Assembly: GCA_004022145.1 (NCBI GenBank)
Contig: RCNU01000014.1
Length of the DNA stretch: 64,000 nucleotides
Source: Paecilomyces variotii
Taxonomy: Eukaryota
Direction: 5' to 3' (one strand)
The notes beneath the pieces are model-generated. The model worked only from the letters and a program-made list of their open reading frames with translations, had not been told where the DNA came from and made no database searches. Within the stretch, counting starts at the first letter, position 1, and every line of letters starts with the position of its first letter. Made by a program: the position numbers and the translations under genes. This document shows positions 22,313 to 34,572 of the stretch, in pieces.

Positions 22313-24144
22313 CTACATCCGGGCCCTGAAGGGCTCAGGCTTGATCTGCATAATTCTTCCAAAGTATAGTTCCAATTCTGCAATGGCAGCTGGTGCCAAG
22401 CTAACCATGGTCCCAATCCACCCATCAGGTCTCAAAACAATAATTGCTCCCGAACCAAGATCAACTCTGTACCGCGCATGGGCTGTATGCTGGCTATCAA
22501 AGAAGACTTTCCCCAGAGGCTCCGTTCCCAGCATTTCATAGGGAGATGGCCCTTTTCCTGCAATTATTGTCCTCCATGACACTGGTAATCTTGGATCTGA
22601 AAGATAATGTGACTTTCTAACGGCATCAAAAACTGTGCAAGCAGTTGGGGATGTGTAGACTGTGTCCGCCACAAATACGACAACATGGAAAAGGGCAGTA
22701 TTTGGTGTCTCCCGGTGTAAGCGTGTTGCTTCAAATGTTCCTGGCTTTTGCAGTTCCACATCCGGTCCAGGCTCACCAGGAGCAGGTACTCTGTTGTCCC
22801 GTAAAGCTTGCTTGAGAGAGCCCTGCACATTGAGGAGATCATCAGACTCATAACAGATCGAAAGGCCGCTGGTGAATGCGGCAGCTTCGGCCATCACTTG
22901 ACCCAGTATAACATTCGGGTCGGCATTAGGGTCCCCTGTCCATCCAATGGGCAGTTGCATCGTCATTAACCTTGAAATATCTTTGTCATAGTTGATCAGT
23001 TTCTGCACGTTTGGTCGTCGTTCGCTCTGGTATGTCTTCAACACTTCGGGCCTGAGTTTGCCCTGAAGGACGAGTGAGAGCTTCCATCCTAGATTCACCG
23101 CATCATGGATTCCAGTATTCATGCCTTGGGCTGCGCCCGAGCTATGCGTATGACAGGCGTCACCGGCCAGAAACACGCAGTCCTTGACACAGAATTTCTG
23201 CGCGACACGTTGGCCTACAGAATAGATCGTATACCAATGGACTTCCTTGAAGGACAATGAGAACGGTTTAACCGATGCAATGGCTTCTTTAACGGCAGCT
23301 CCTTCGTCAAAGTTGGGGTATGCTTTTTGCCGTTCAGCAGTAAGGGCAAACCCGATTCGAGTAGCTCCACGGTCCAGTGCAGCCCATAGAACGTTGCCGT
23401 GCGTGGGCGACTCGATGGCGCAGTAAGTCCTGGGTTTGGGAAGATTTGTTTCAATAATACCATCAATTCTCACCCACTTGTCCTCTGTCGTACTTCCTTC
23501 GAAAGGAATCTGAAGAGCCCGTCTCACGAAAGACCGTCCGCCATCCGCGCCCACAAGATATCTGCATTTAACAGCAGACTGCGCGCCGGTCAACTCGTCC
23601 TGGATCGTTGCGGTGACTCTATAACCTCCCACCTGGACTGTGTCGTCTACAGTAACGTCGATTAGCTTCATTGGGGCTTCCAAGTTAACACCGTGCTTTT
23701 CCAGCGCTTGTCTAAAGACCTCCTCCTGATACTTCTGGCGCAATACCAGGGCGAAATCCCACACAGTGTCTCTCATATTTTCCATAAACGCCCAGCCTCT
23801 GCCCTGGACCTCATTCCCATTTCGGTCATAAGATACAGTATCTCGACAAGCGAAGCACTGCTGCGAGAGCGCCTCGGCAAGACCCAATTGATCGAGCATC
23901 TCAGACGTTCGGGGGAATAAAGTGATCGCGCGGCCGTATTGATCCTGCGACGATTTCGGATGTTGCTCAATTATTCTGATCCGCTTGTCATGTGGGAGAC
24001 TCAACGCAAGCTGATATGCCGTGACGAGGCCTGGGTTTTGTAAGAAATGCTGGTCTTCAAAGTTCTACTCGCCGAATTCGTACCTACTGGGCCTCCTCCT
24101 ACGATGAGAACATCGAGGTGTTCTGTCTTGTCGGTATTTGCCAT
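22313..24144 (-). CDS. FAD-dependent monooxygenase, phenol-hydroxylase (PheA/TfdB)-like; 2 exons
   Basis: Exon 1 MANTDKTEHLDVLIVGGGPVG; VGADGGRSFVR; FLAGDACHTHSSGAAQGMNTGIHDAVNLGWKL; thioredoxin-like C-terminus with VLRPDGWIG. Confidence 0.92.
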
Positions 24145-24358
24145 GGCCTCGAGAGTTCAGGGCTTTGGCTAAGTGCTGATATGGATCTTTGGGTGGGACT
24201 CGTTCTCAGGGTTTCAACATGGAGGTAGATGGAAGCCAGTAGGCCCTGGCACAGTATAGGATTGAAATATGCCTCTCCGACTGCGAATAACTATATCATC
24301 TATAGTTCTGAAGTCTTCCCTGAACAATGCCATCATCGGCCTATGCGACAGAGCCGAC

Positions 24359-24398
24359 AGATAAGATAGTCGGTATGATAAGCATGAGCGGGAGATAA
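24359..24398 (+). promoter_or_regulatory. Cluster of GATA-factor sites upstream of the monooxygenase
   Basis: HGATAR sites at 24359, 24364, 24376 and 24393, about 215-255 bp upstream of the ATG at 24144. Confidence 0.45.
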
Positions 24399-24690
24399 GA
24401 TGCAGGGATGAAGTATGGGATAGAAGTAGAGTAGAATTAAGAGCTTATGGCCGCTTATCCCCCGATATCTTCCGCACGGGCTGGGAGCGTCTTGCAAGTA
24501 GGTTTCGATACACGACGACCAGGAAAATAGTTCTACATGTGCTGATGCTGGTTTTCAGGAAGGAAAGTGCCGGTCCAAAGTGAGAGCTCTAGGGACGTGG
24601 AAATAATGAAGGCTCGCATTTCATAGATACGCTTCGTCAAAGCAAGAGGCTAGCTGATAAAGTTCCTTAGGTTCCTTCATCTCAACAATT

Positions 24691-24762
24691 GGCCGGCTGG
24701 CCCAATGGCAAGGCGCTTGACTACGAATCAAGAGATTGCAGGTTCGATCCCTGCGTCGGTCA
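24691..24762 (+). tRNA. tRNA-Arg (anticodon ACG), intronless
   Basis: Acceptor stem GGCCGGC/GTCGGTC, anticodon arm CTTGA-CT-ACG-AA-TCAAG, T-arm GCAGGTTCGATCCCTGC and a downstream T-run. Confidence 0.96.
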
Positions 24763-26042
24763 ATTCACATTTCTTTTTGCATTTTTGGATAATTTTCCGC
24801 GCTGCCCCATGGTCGCTGGAACTTTTCTTTTTTGCAGTCTCTAGATACTGGCTGTTCTTTTTTTTGGCACTTCTTAAGGCCTGCATCTAGCTATCACTTG
24901 TCGCCGTGTCTATCGTAGCGATAGAAGTAGTAGCGATAGACTTTAGCGAGCCGTGTAGACATTCCCTATGCAAAAGAATGCGCTGAATATACGAGTAATA
25001 GAAAATTCTGTACTGTCAGAAATGGTGAGAGGACGCTATTTGAGCTCTATGTATTTTCTACCAGTGTCTCCTGAGACTTCTTTAAATCGCCAACGTCGCA
25101 TATAACGATCACGATAGAGTATTCCTGGCTCAAATCTCCCGTTTGTATTTTTTCTCACTGCGCGATAGTAACTGTAACATATCCTGTGTGCTCCCAGCAG
25201 CTTCCTTGTGGTAGAAAGGGTGGTATGTTTCTCGCGACAGTAGTAGTTACCGGGTGTATGTATGTCTTTTCCGGGGGAAAACAGAAAACTCTTCAGGCGC
25301 ATCGTGGAGGTGTCTGTGATTTTAAAGAAAAATATCAGAAGTTTCATTTTATACTTTTCTGGCTTCTATTGCTGCTAACCGTCCTTGAGCGGCCTTTCAC
25401 TCAGGCCTGCCTATGCGCTTGGCTAGCCACTCCTTCATTGTATCCGGATGTATAGATGCAAGCTATATTTGACAGGCCTCCTATGCAAGTAGACCTCGGG
25501 CTACATTATCTACAAGATATAGAGCAATTCGGAATTACAACTATACTGCGCTTTTCACATATGTGATATACTTAGCGGGAAATCCACTCGTCTCTTGTTG
25601 TAGTGTTGTTCTATCGGGCGGATCTTACCAGCACAGAGCAAGAGCGCAAGTTAGAGTGCGTAGTACACAAATTTGCAAATCTTCTGGTGTGGCAATCTCG
25701 ATTACTCTATCGCATACGCTGGATTCTTCTGTGTGCCAATCTCCCAACTATCGTTGCTTAATAGCAAGTAGAGGCAGTGCGGTTAGTAAATATATATTTG
25801 CGATGCCCTACTCTATATTTCCGCACAATGTATAGCAACCTACCCCGCTTAATTGTCGGACAATGAAAAATATAAAGTCCAGTTGATCTTTGACATCTCA
25901 CATATTACAATAGTATGTCTTAAAAACCGGCCAAAGCTCTCCGCTATCATAGAAGCGCTATGGATAAATCGAACCAAAATATGGTTAGGGAAAGTCGTTA
26001 GGTTCTTCAAACACACTTTGGAAACCCAATTCAACAATCAGC

Positions 26043-26130
26043 GCCGGGCTAGCTCAATCGGTAGAGCGTGCGGCTCTTACCAATCATACTGGAAACCGCA
26101 AGGCTGCGGGTTCGACCCCCGCGTTCGGCT
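26043..26130 (+). tRNA. tRNA-Lys (anticodon CTT) with a 15-nt intron (26080-26094)
   Basis: Acceptor stem GCCGGGC/GTTCGGC, D-arm AGCTCAATCGGTAGAGC, anticodon arm TGCGG-CT-CTT-A[intron]A-CCGCA, T-arm GCGGGTTCGACCCCCGC and a downstream T-run. Confidence 0.93.
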
Positions 26131-26542
26131 CAATTCCGAACATTCGCTGTCTTTTTTTTACATTTTTTTTTATCTTTCCCCTTCCGTGATATCATCTACT
26201 CATACGAATTTGCCCTTATATTCTCTTTCGACTTCACTTTAACTCCGCCATAGTATTTACAGGCTGGACTCTCACCCACAACCAGCGTCGATACCGATAA
26301 CTATTCAACCTTTGGCAAAGAGATGTTGCCGGGTATAAATAGCAGTCTGGCCTCTTCTGCCGATATATTTGAAAATAGTAATCCAAGGCACTGAAACAGA
26401 AACTGGCCACAGATGCCGATGTAGCCTGCATTATATACCACCTAATAATTATATACATATATCTGCCAACCTGCACAGCGATGAGCAAGAGGACGTCTGT
26501 GTTCATCTCAATCCCCGAAAGCCACGCCTCTGAAAAGAACCA

Positions 26543-27443
26543 TTAGCTGTAATTCCGAGTATCATGACCCTTCTGACTACATAACTCCGAGACAGGGTTA
26601 TGAGCCAACTCTGCGGGAGCGACGCTATCCGTGAAGTGGCCACCAAAACCGGATAGACCCTGAACTTCCATCTCTGATCTCTGCGACACTGCTTTTAGTC
26701 GACTGCGACGCTCCCAGAACGCCCACGCGATCGACGCAATGGCAATAACGCCGAGGGGGACGCCCACACCGACCCCGATGACCGTACCGCGTGATGAGTA
26801 GTTGGACGTGCTGCAGTGGCTCGAATTGGAACTGGGATTGGAAATGGAATTGTTGGAAGCAGGAGACGCCGTGGATGAAGAAGAAACAGCAAGGGCTGCT
26901 ACTCCCGGCATGGCTGTCCCTGCTGGTACTGAGGCGGTTCCATGTCCGCAGGTAACTGCGCCATTATCATAACTTGCGGTACCGCAGCAGTACGTTGTGG
27001 AATTTCCGTCATATGAAGCGGCGACGATAGGGAATCCTGAGCTCGGGTTTATTTCCCCTTTTTTTTCATGTTAGGATGTAAACCTTTTCTCTTATTCTTA
27101 TACTTTTCCTTCCCTCCTTTCGTGGAAGATTCAAAGGACAAGTCAAGGAGTGAGTGATTAGGTACTCACAGCAGTATTGATAACAACCCTCTGCATTCCA
27201 AGAGCTATCAGTACAGCTTGCGCGGGAGAGTGCGAATCCTCCATTTTCTTGCAAGTAGCATAAACCATTTGACATGCAGACGTCGTTTTTGTTACAACAC
27301 CACGTGGTAGCGTTGGATGTGCAAGGGACATCGTACAATGCCTGTGATCCATCGGGGTTATAACAGGTTCTGTTGTCGTCGGCAGCTTGGACTGGTGAGA
27401 TGCAGAGCAGACTCGTTATGATCAAGGATGATGACCATATCAT
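26543..27443 (-). CDS. Type I membrane protein: signal peptide, Cys-rich ectodomain, Ser-rich stalk and one TM (Mid2-like architecture); 2 exons
   Basis: MIWSSSLIITSLLCISPVQA signal; CYNPDG..PC..WCC...DVCMSNGLC...RASCTD..W ectodomain. An intron starting GTGAGT at 27169 with an AAG acceptor rejoins in frame. TM segment VIGVGVGVPLGVIAIASIAWAFW. Confidence 0.82.
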
Positions 27444-28190
27444 TGTAATAATGTGCGTATGTGGTGCGGAACGTATATGTTCGAAGAATCGTCGCGACGA
27501 GGGTTCCGAGAGATAGAATTTGATCAAGGAGATTATGGAAAATATGAGGTTATGAAGCAGACTATTGTTCACTCCGCTTGGAATGGTAAATAAATAAAGA
27601 AAAAAGAATTCTACCGCGAATTCAGGAGTAGACTTAAGAGTAATCAGGAATTGTTATGACCCATTCACTCGACGTAGTCTAGTAATACGTATATCGAAGC
27701 GACAATAATACTCTATGGTGATTGGCCCCAGATGTCCACCTTTAATTCTGAACCGTTTAAAATATGTACCCGAGTGTTGGTATAGCTGGAGGCTAATACT
27801 GGGTCTCCCGCTGTAATACGGGTTTATAAGGAGTTTCAGATCTAGTGGTGCAAATCATATCCTAGGTAGGTAGTAGGTTGTAGGATAGAAGCGGTTAGAT
27901 AAAATATGGGGGCCATTTTGTGACTGGAGTGGGAATAACTACAACAGATGATTTTATCAACTATCTCTCTTGTGGGGTCTTAGTTCCCCACCAAAAGCTG
28001 GACGTTATGAAGATCAGCAGTCTTTATTTTTCGTTGCCTTTCTCCGTCGAGATGTTTGGATATGGTCTTTCCGTAGAGACAAAATTTACAAACCCAACAG
28101 CAGCCAAAACCGTCGTAGACAACGACAAACAAATATACTTGAATCACGTCACATGTTGAAATAGTGGCCACTATATCTTCCGTCCTGTGA

Positions 28191-31100
28191 TCATGAGGTA
28201 ATAATATTTCCTGCGGCTCGCTCCTCCTCCACTTGAGAGTCATACATCTGGATTAGGGCCTCTTTATCCCTGATTCGAGATTGTTCGAGGAACGCCCGGA
28301 ATGATGGATATACGAAACATAGGTCACCCGAACAACGTAGTCGGAGCTTGACCTTGAACGGCTTTGCAGAGTGACCGAGCTTCATGGTTACACCAAAAGA
28401 GTTATGAGTTCCATCGTTTTCAATAATGTCCATGGTCATGGAGAAATACAAACTAGGTTTGAATTGAAGCATTAACCTTAGCACTCGACGGGATAAGCAG
28501 ATGCTATTCGCTGGCCGACGCAATCTGTGTTGAAGATAGATCGATGCGAGGAAATTGTGCCATAGGCTCATTTGTTCAAGGCCGTGGCTGCCGTCGCGGT
28601 CAAGTGCTTCGAAATAGAAGTGCTGAATAGATGGTCCTGCATCATTGGGGGATAGAGCGCCGCGCGCCAGTAGCGCTTCTAGAACAGACATCCCTTTAAC
28701 TCTTGTAGAAGATTTGCCACTGAAGTCGCAGAACAGATCACAATATGCTAAGATGATGGCCCTTGCAGGTGTGGCGGTTGCGTCCTGGTCCTGGGAGATC
28801 TTCCATACCGGATATTCATGATATCCTAGGTAGGTCAAGATGTAGATGGGTGCAAGCAATAGCACACGGATCATCGTCTTGGAAGGGTCCTCGCCTCGAC
28901 ACAAGGGGGTGGTACAACATATTTCACTCCGCATCTCTGAATGTCTGTACATGTACATTGTGAGAGGGTCTCCACTGTCAATCAAATTCCACGGTAAAGG
29001 ACCGTAGATATCATGGAGGAGGGACAGAAATGAATAGGGGGCCTGATCGAGCTCATGCTCCGCTCTCATACGAAGGAGCCCGGTAGAAAGCGAATACCCA
29101 CGTTCCCACCACCCATGTTCCACCGTCCAGTTCATGGGCGCTTCCCCGAGCCGCAAGTCAGCAAGCAATATCTGGGAAAATGCATCCGGCGCATTGAAAG
29201 AACGTAGGTATTGCGCCATGCAGGTCTCTTTGTTCGGATCTTGTAGGAACTCGTCCACAGACCGGTGGCAAAAGTCGACTCTGTTTCTGGCATCCGGCTC
29301 CAAAAGTCCCTTAAATCCGTTCAATCGCCTCACCCCGTGCTCTTCCCTCTCCTCTTGTGTAATGTACTGGACGTTCTCTTGAGGGTAGTCCTCAGCCATG
29401 GCAAATTCGGGATTTCGTTCATAATCTTCGAGAAGAGAATAGCGCAGCAATGTCAACGATATGTCGTAGGTCTTCGCGAGACGAAGAATAGCGCAGGTGT
29501 GGTAGAATTTGCGTCGCACCGTCTTGCTGAGAGAGTTAAGAATATACTCATAGAGCCCGCTCAGCTCATCAGGAAGCGAATTAAGTTCATCCTCCAACTC
29601 AGCAATGCTGGCACCGTCCTCCCATTGCTCGCGAATGGACCTAATCACCAGCGCCACCCATAAGAAAATACCCTGCGCTTTTTCTACGACTCCACTGACG
29701 AGCCTTTCTCTGGCCTCCACATCGGCAAGATGAGCCAGTCTATCTTCGCTGAAAGCTCTCATATCCTGCCATGTCAACTGATGGAGCCGTAGCCTCCTCT
29801 CGGAGGCAAAAGTATTCATGAAGATACTGTGCTCACGGCTGGAAACACAAAGCTTGACGTACCCGGATGAGACTTCGGACCACTCGCACAGTTGTTTAAC
29901 AAGATCCCTGTGGTCATACTGAGTTGTCTCCTCGAACTCGTCGAGACCATCGATAAGAAAGCAAAATGAACGCTGTTTGTTCACCGGCCCCAGCTCAATG
30001 AGCCGGTTGAATGCTTCGAAGATCTCAGAGTCGGATATTTCGTTCGCTGACTGCACCTGCCATGGCGTTGCAGCCGCCTTAGTCCAGGCCTTATATAGCA
30101 TGTGCTGTATTAGCTCAGGACAAGCTTGCAAGACACCATGAAGAAGGGCGCGACAAAGACCGGCGAGAGATTTCTGGAGGACTGTTCCTGGCTTCCAGAA
30201 GAAAAAATGTGCGAAGACAAGAGTCCGGTCGCCTAGTGGGACAGTGAACAGAGGCAACATACACTTGGGACCACGGCAACGTACCTGCCCACTTTTGTAA
30301 CTCTGTTCTCATATTAGGGTGAGAGGACAAGAACTTCATGAGCGTTGACTTCCCAGACCCCAGCTTGCCTGATATGTGAAAGATACCTTCTCCTGACGAT
30401 AGCCATGTATTGAGCCTCTCTCTTGCAAGGCGTTTATCCGCATCAAGGGAAACATTGTCATGGTCATCGAATAACCATTGGAATGTCTTCGAATGCGCTT
30501 CAGGCACCGTTTCATACCTTCCTTGTATCCCATCGAGTTCCAGACTAGCCAAAACGCGCTCTTGGGTTATTCTTGTCAAGACATCCTGTGGGACGCGAAG
30601 AAGTGCACTGAGCTGAGCCTGGGCCGCTGCGCCGAACGAGTTGACAGACAGTCCCTGCATCCCCGTAACATCATCTTGGAGTTTCTTAAGACGAGCAATC
30701 TCCTCTTCAGAGGAATCCACCAAGCTTGCAAGCCTCTCTCTGATATCTTGGCTACGACAGTTAGCTCCAATCAGAATAATCGCAATCTGCCACAGCTTAC
30801 CTCGCCAAATAAGAAAGCTGTAACTCAAGCTGGCTGCGGCAGATTTGCAACCTTTGTTCGAGGTCTTGCTTGTCTTTTTGGTACCACTTATTCCTCACAG
30901 AAGACTTCACGCTGTGGAACTTCGATTTAGGATCTTTGGCTTTTAGTTTGTCGAGCAGCGAGATAAGATCGCGAGATATCTTCTGACATTCCGTCGCCAG
31001 GTCAAATATACATTTGTCTGCTCCGGTTAAATGTGCGTTGTTGGAGACAAGCAGTCTAGAGGCTAAGCTTTCAGTCTCTCGCGCGATGACCCCACGCTGC

Positions 31101-31225
31101 CTGTTCTCCTCCAAGCATCCTGCGGAAGAAGCATAGACGTCTTTGGCGCCGTTGAGAATCTCTAAACTGAAATCGACAAATGTAAAGATGTTGCCCACGA
31201 GCCCGATGACCGTCACTGGATCCAT
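28191..31225 (-). CDS. NACHT-domain (fungal NLR/STAND-like) protein; exons 31225-30801, 30751-30285 and 30232-28191
   Basis: Fungal STAND N-terminal helical domain MDPVTVIGLVGNIFTFVDFS; Walker A GKLGSGKSTLMK; HFFFWKPG; Walker B FLIDGLDE; KLCVSSRE; KAQGIFLWVALV; LPDELSGLY. Confidence 0.9.
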
Positions 31226-31384
31226 CTTGTCGACGCAAAATGGCAAGGCGGTGGTATATTGACTGGTGGCTACATCTCGATGATGCGATCAGCGAGGGAT
31301 TAAATATAAGCGATAGATTAGTTCGACACGCGGCGAGGCTATGCCAGCCCGTCCACTCTCAGTGTCAGACCCAACTCACAGGAA

Positions 31385-31836
31385 TAGTCTCAATTTTGCC
31401 AGATCAGATCCACTTGCGTCATATCCCAAATCAACCGGGAAGAGACCCAACGTCGCTCGAGGCCCATCCAGAATAATGAAACACCCATATTTACTGCTGC
31501 GGTCCGTCTCGAGTCGTGGACGTTGTATCATCTGAAGCGAGTAAATGCGGTATCGCACCAGACCATATCCACTTCGAGACGTTTGAGATGCCACCTCTGG
31601 ACGGTTGAGATCGAGTCGACGAAGAAAAACGGTCCAGATATATGGGTGTCGGACACTTCTGGACGCGCTGAGAGAGGCAGGAGCGGATATTCCTAGTTCG
31701 TGCTAGGCGATATGTCGTGTGGGATATCTGAAGAAGACGGGCTGATCATCGTGGAACGAGCCTGCTGGAATCGGAAAAGGACTTTGCGTAGTTTAGTTGT
31801 GCGTCGAGGGGGATTAGACATATCGACTGGATCTAG
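31385..31836 (+). pseudogene. 3' remnant of a PDR/VanB-type (FNR + 2Fe-2S) oxidoreductase gene
   Basis: Across frameshifts and stops it reads HIYCCGPSRVVDVV...HIHFETF (from 31486), TLLDALREAGADIPSSC* (31653-31706) and ADHRGTSLLESEKDFA*FSCASRG. These match the NAD-binding and ferredoxin segments of phthalate-dioxygenase-reductase-like proteins. Confidence 0.75.
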
Positions 31837-32850
31837 TGATCTATAGGATATTGCTATATGCTAAGCTATAGAATTATTATTATAACAGAAGTATAACCAT
31901 AATAAGCAATTTAAGCAAGTAACAGAAGTAGAGAAGATAAAAAATAAAAGGCGCTATTCTTAGCGCTGAAGATAGAAAACCTTATTTATTTATGAATAAC
32001 AATTGAAAGATTATGATAATATTAAATACGCATTTAGAAGACTTAATTTAAAAGTACCCCTCGATCGCGAGATGTTATAAAAGTGACTGGCTACAGGTAG
32101 TAAGCATAGAGTATAGCCTGCATAATACATTACGTATGTACACGGGCCTGGTATCTCTCCAGCCCTGAGAAAATAGATAGATACCCCTGAAACAGAATTT
32201 ATCCTCCACCTCATATTACATATTCGGAGCCGGAACTGCAGTATAAACTAGATTTCAGGAAACTATTGTATGAAAATATACCAGAATCACTGATCCATGA
32301 ACAGGAACAGAAAAAGCAAAGACAGCAACAAAGGCATGAGTCAAAGCTGCCCCCAGGAAAAGGACCAGAGCAGGCAAAGAAGCAGGATTACAAATAGAAA
32401 ACCCGTAAATAAGTAGCTTGAGGGTCTATGCATATGCATCGCTTGTATTACCTGTCGAGCTATTATCGACGTAGTAGCTTCGCTGCATACTCAGCCCTAG
32501 AACCGAGGGTTACTAGTACGTGCTGGATATGGTTCTAGCTGTGGCTGTTGTATTTTAGTTAACTTGGAAATCACTGATAAGTAGATATGTGTTGGTGGGC
32601 GCCGTGGTTTTACTTCGGTTTGTATGTATTTGTAGGCTTTGGCTACAGGTAGTAAGTAAGCATGAAGTATGGCATAGGTAGTATTACATAGGGCGGAAGC
32701 TACGCGACAGCACAATTGCAGTATATCTATATCAGGAAAAGTCATAATTCATTCAGGTATCTGTACATCCTGGTATCCAAACCCATGCGCCTAGCCTAGA
32801 ACCCTAAGCTGTCCAGGGACAACATGCAAATGCACACGCTAAAAAAAGCA

Positions 32851-32873
32851 CACATACACACACACACACACAC
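32851..32873. repeat. (CA)n microsatellite
   Basis: cacatacacacacacacacacac directly downstream of the dehydrogenase stop codon. Confidence 0.8.
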
Positions 32874-32879
32874 GGGTAC

Positions 32880-34053
32880 CTATCGGGACTTGTCCAACAG
32901 ATGCTGGTATACGACTGAGAAATCCTTGCCGCGATACTTGTCCTCTGTGGCATCGTACACACCGCGTGCCGTGTTGGCCAGATCGAGGGGCGTGCCGGAC
33001 TCAGCGGCGGCTGCGATGGCCAGCCGCAGGTCCTTCTTCATCAGACTGACGCCAAACCCGCCGGTGTAGCCGCGCGAGGCCGGGGCTGTCTCGACGACAC
33101 CAGGGACGGGGTTGTTGACCTCGCTGGGCCAGCAGCGGCCGGTGGATGAGTTGATCATGTCAGCAAGGACTTTGGGGTCGAGACCCCATCTGATTCCCAG
33201 ATTCATCGCCTCAGCCGTTGCGATATTGTTGATGGCTAGGATGTAGTTGTTGGCCAGCTTACCGGTCACGCCTGCGCCCTGCTCACCGAGGTGCCAGGCC
33301 TTCTTGCCCATCAGCAGGAGGATCGGCTTGACCCGCTCGACCAGCTGTCCGGTCTTGGTGGTCGCCCCGAACATGAACGATAGAGTGCCGGCGCGCGCCC
33401 CGACAACACCACCGGACATGGGGGCATCGACGAAGCGGCCGGCCTGGGTCGAGTGGACGGCAGTGGCGATCTCCTTGGAAGAGGCGGGATCGATGGTCGA
33501 GCAGTCAATGAAGAGACGTTCCTGGGCGACGGGGGGCAGTTCACCGTGCTTCAGGATGCAGTGGAAGACGTCCTTGACATGGCTCGGTTCGGGAAGGCTG
33601 GTGATGATGACTTCCTATAGACACAGGAAAAATGGTTATCAGATTAGATGAGTATACTAGCGCACGGGAAGGAGTGACAACATACCGACTTCTCAGCAAC
33701 CTCACGCGCATTACCAGCCACCTCAACACTCAGCCTCTCTTTACTGGAAGCACCAACCTCATCGACAAACTTCTTCATAACATCACTATCGATATCGCGA
33801 ATGACAAGAGTATCACCGGCAGGGATCTTCGAGCGCAGATTCTTCGCCATTGCATAGCCTGCCCTTGTTAGGTTCTTCCTTTCTTTTCCCTTCTTTTCAC
33901 AGAGTACCACTCACCCATCTGGCCCAAACCAATGAACCCCCAGGTGGCATCGCGTGGTCGTGAAACTGAAAATGCACGCCGCGAGGCGGGAATGGTACGA
34001 ACAGAGCATCTCAGTCTCCGGAGAGGAGCAGATGTCAGGGACGCAGCACACAT
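32880..34053 (-). CDS. 3-hydroxyisobutyrate dehydrogenase, mitochondrial; 3 exons
   Basis: Arg-rich presequence, WGFIGLGQMG-YAMAKNL, DAPMSGGVVGARAGTLSFM, GKLANNYILAINN, SSTGRCW and GGFGVSLMKKDL. Confidence 0.93.
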
Positions 34054-34535
34054 GGTGGGTGCCAGATTGAAGGAATAGTAGAGAATAGCAACGATGTGAT
34101 TCCGGGCTGAGTAGCGGTCCTGGACGAAGGGGAGGAGAAGAAGTGCATGAAGAGGAGAGGAGGATCTAATAAGGTCTGTAGTTGTAGTATATACTGTCTT
34201 CTCTTCTGTCTCTCTCTGTCTCTCTGTCTTTCTATACCGATGGAATTCCCGAGGTTCGACCACCGGGCGGGGAGAGGAGAGGATATGGGTACATCATAGA
34301 TACTTCCCATCACAGCGAAGATAGCATACAAACAGATGTACCTAACAAGTACCCAGAAGTAGTGACGGCAATGCGGGGATGATCCCTGCTTATCAGGCCC
34401 GTCTGGGGAAGTGGGGATGCGGTTTTCACCAATGAAACACGGCCAGCCAGACCCACTACGGAGGACAGAAATCCTGGAGATGCTGATTGGCCAAAATCAA
34501 CGGACTGCTGCTGTCCGTCGGAAGGAGCCGGAGGA

Positions 34536-34572
34536 TTTTATTTATGATTTATTTATGATTTATTTATGATTA
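34536..34572. repeat. Short AT-rich tandem repeat (about 11-bp unit ATTTATTTATG, x3)
   Basis: ttttatttatgatttatttatgatttatttatgatta. Confidence 0.7.

Noticed and set aside
25173-25505. TGTAAC...CTACA segment between the tRNAs as a solo LTR
   Set aside because: The terminal match is poor, there is no TSD and no second copy in the window.
24705-26253. Short ORFs overlapping the two tRNA genes
   Set aside because: Explained by the tRNA sequences and their T-rich terminators.
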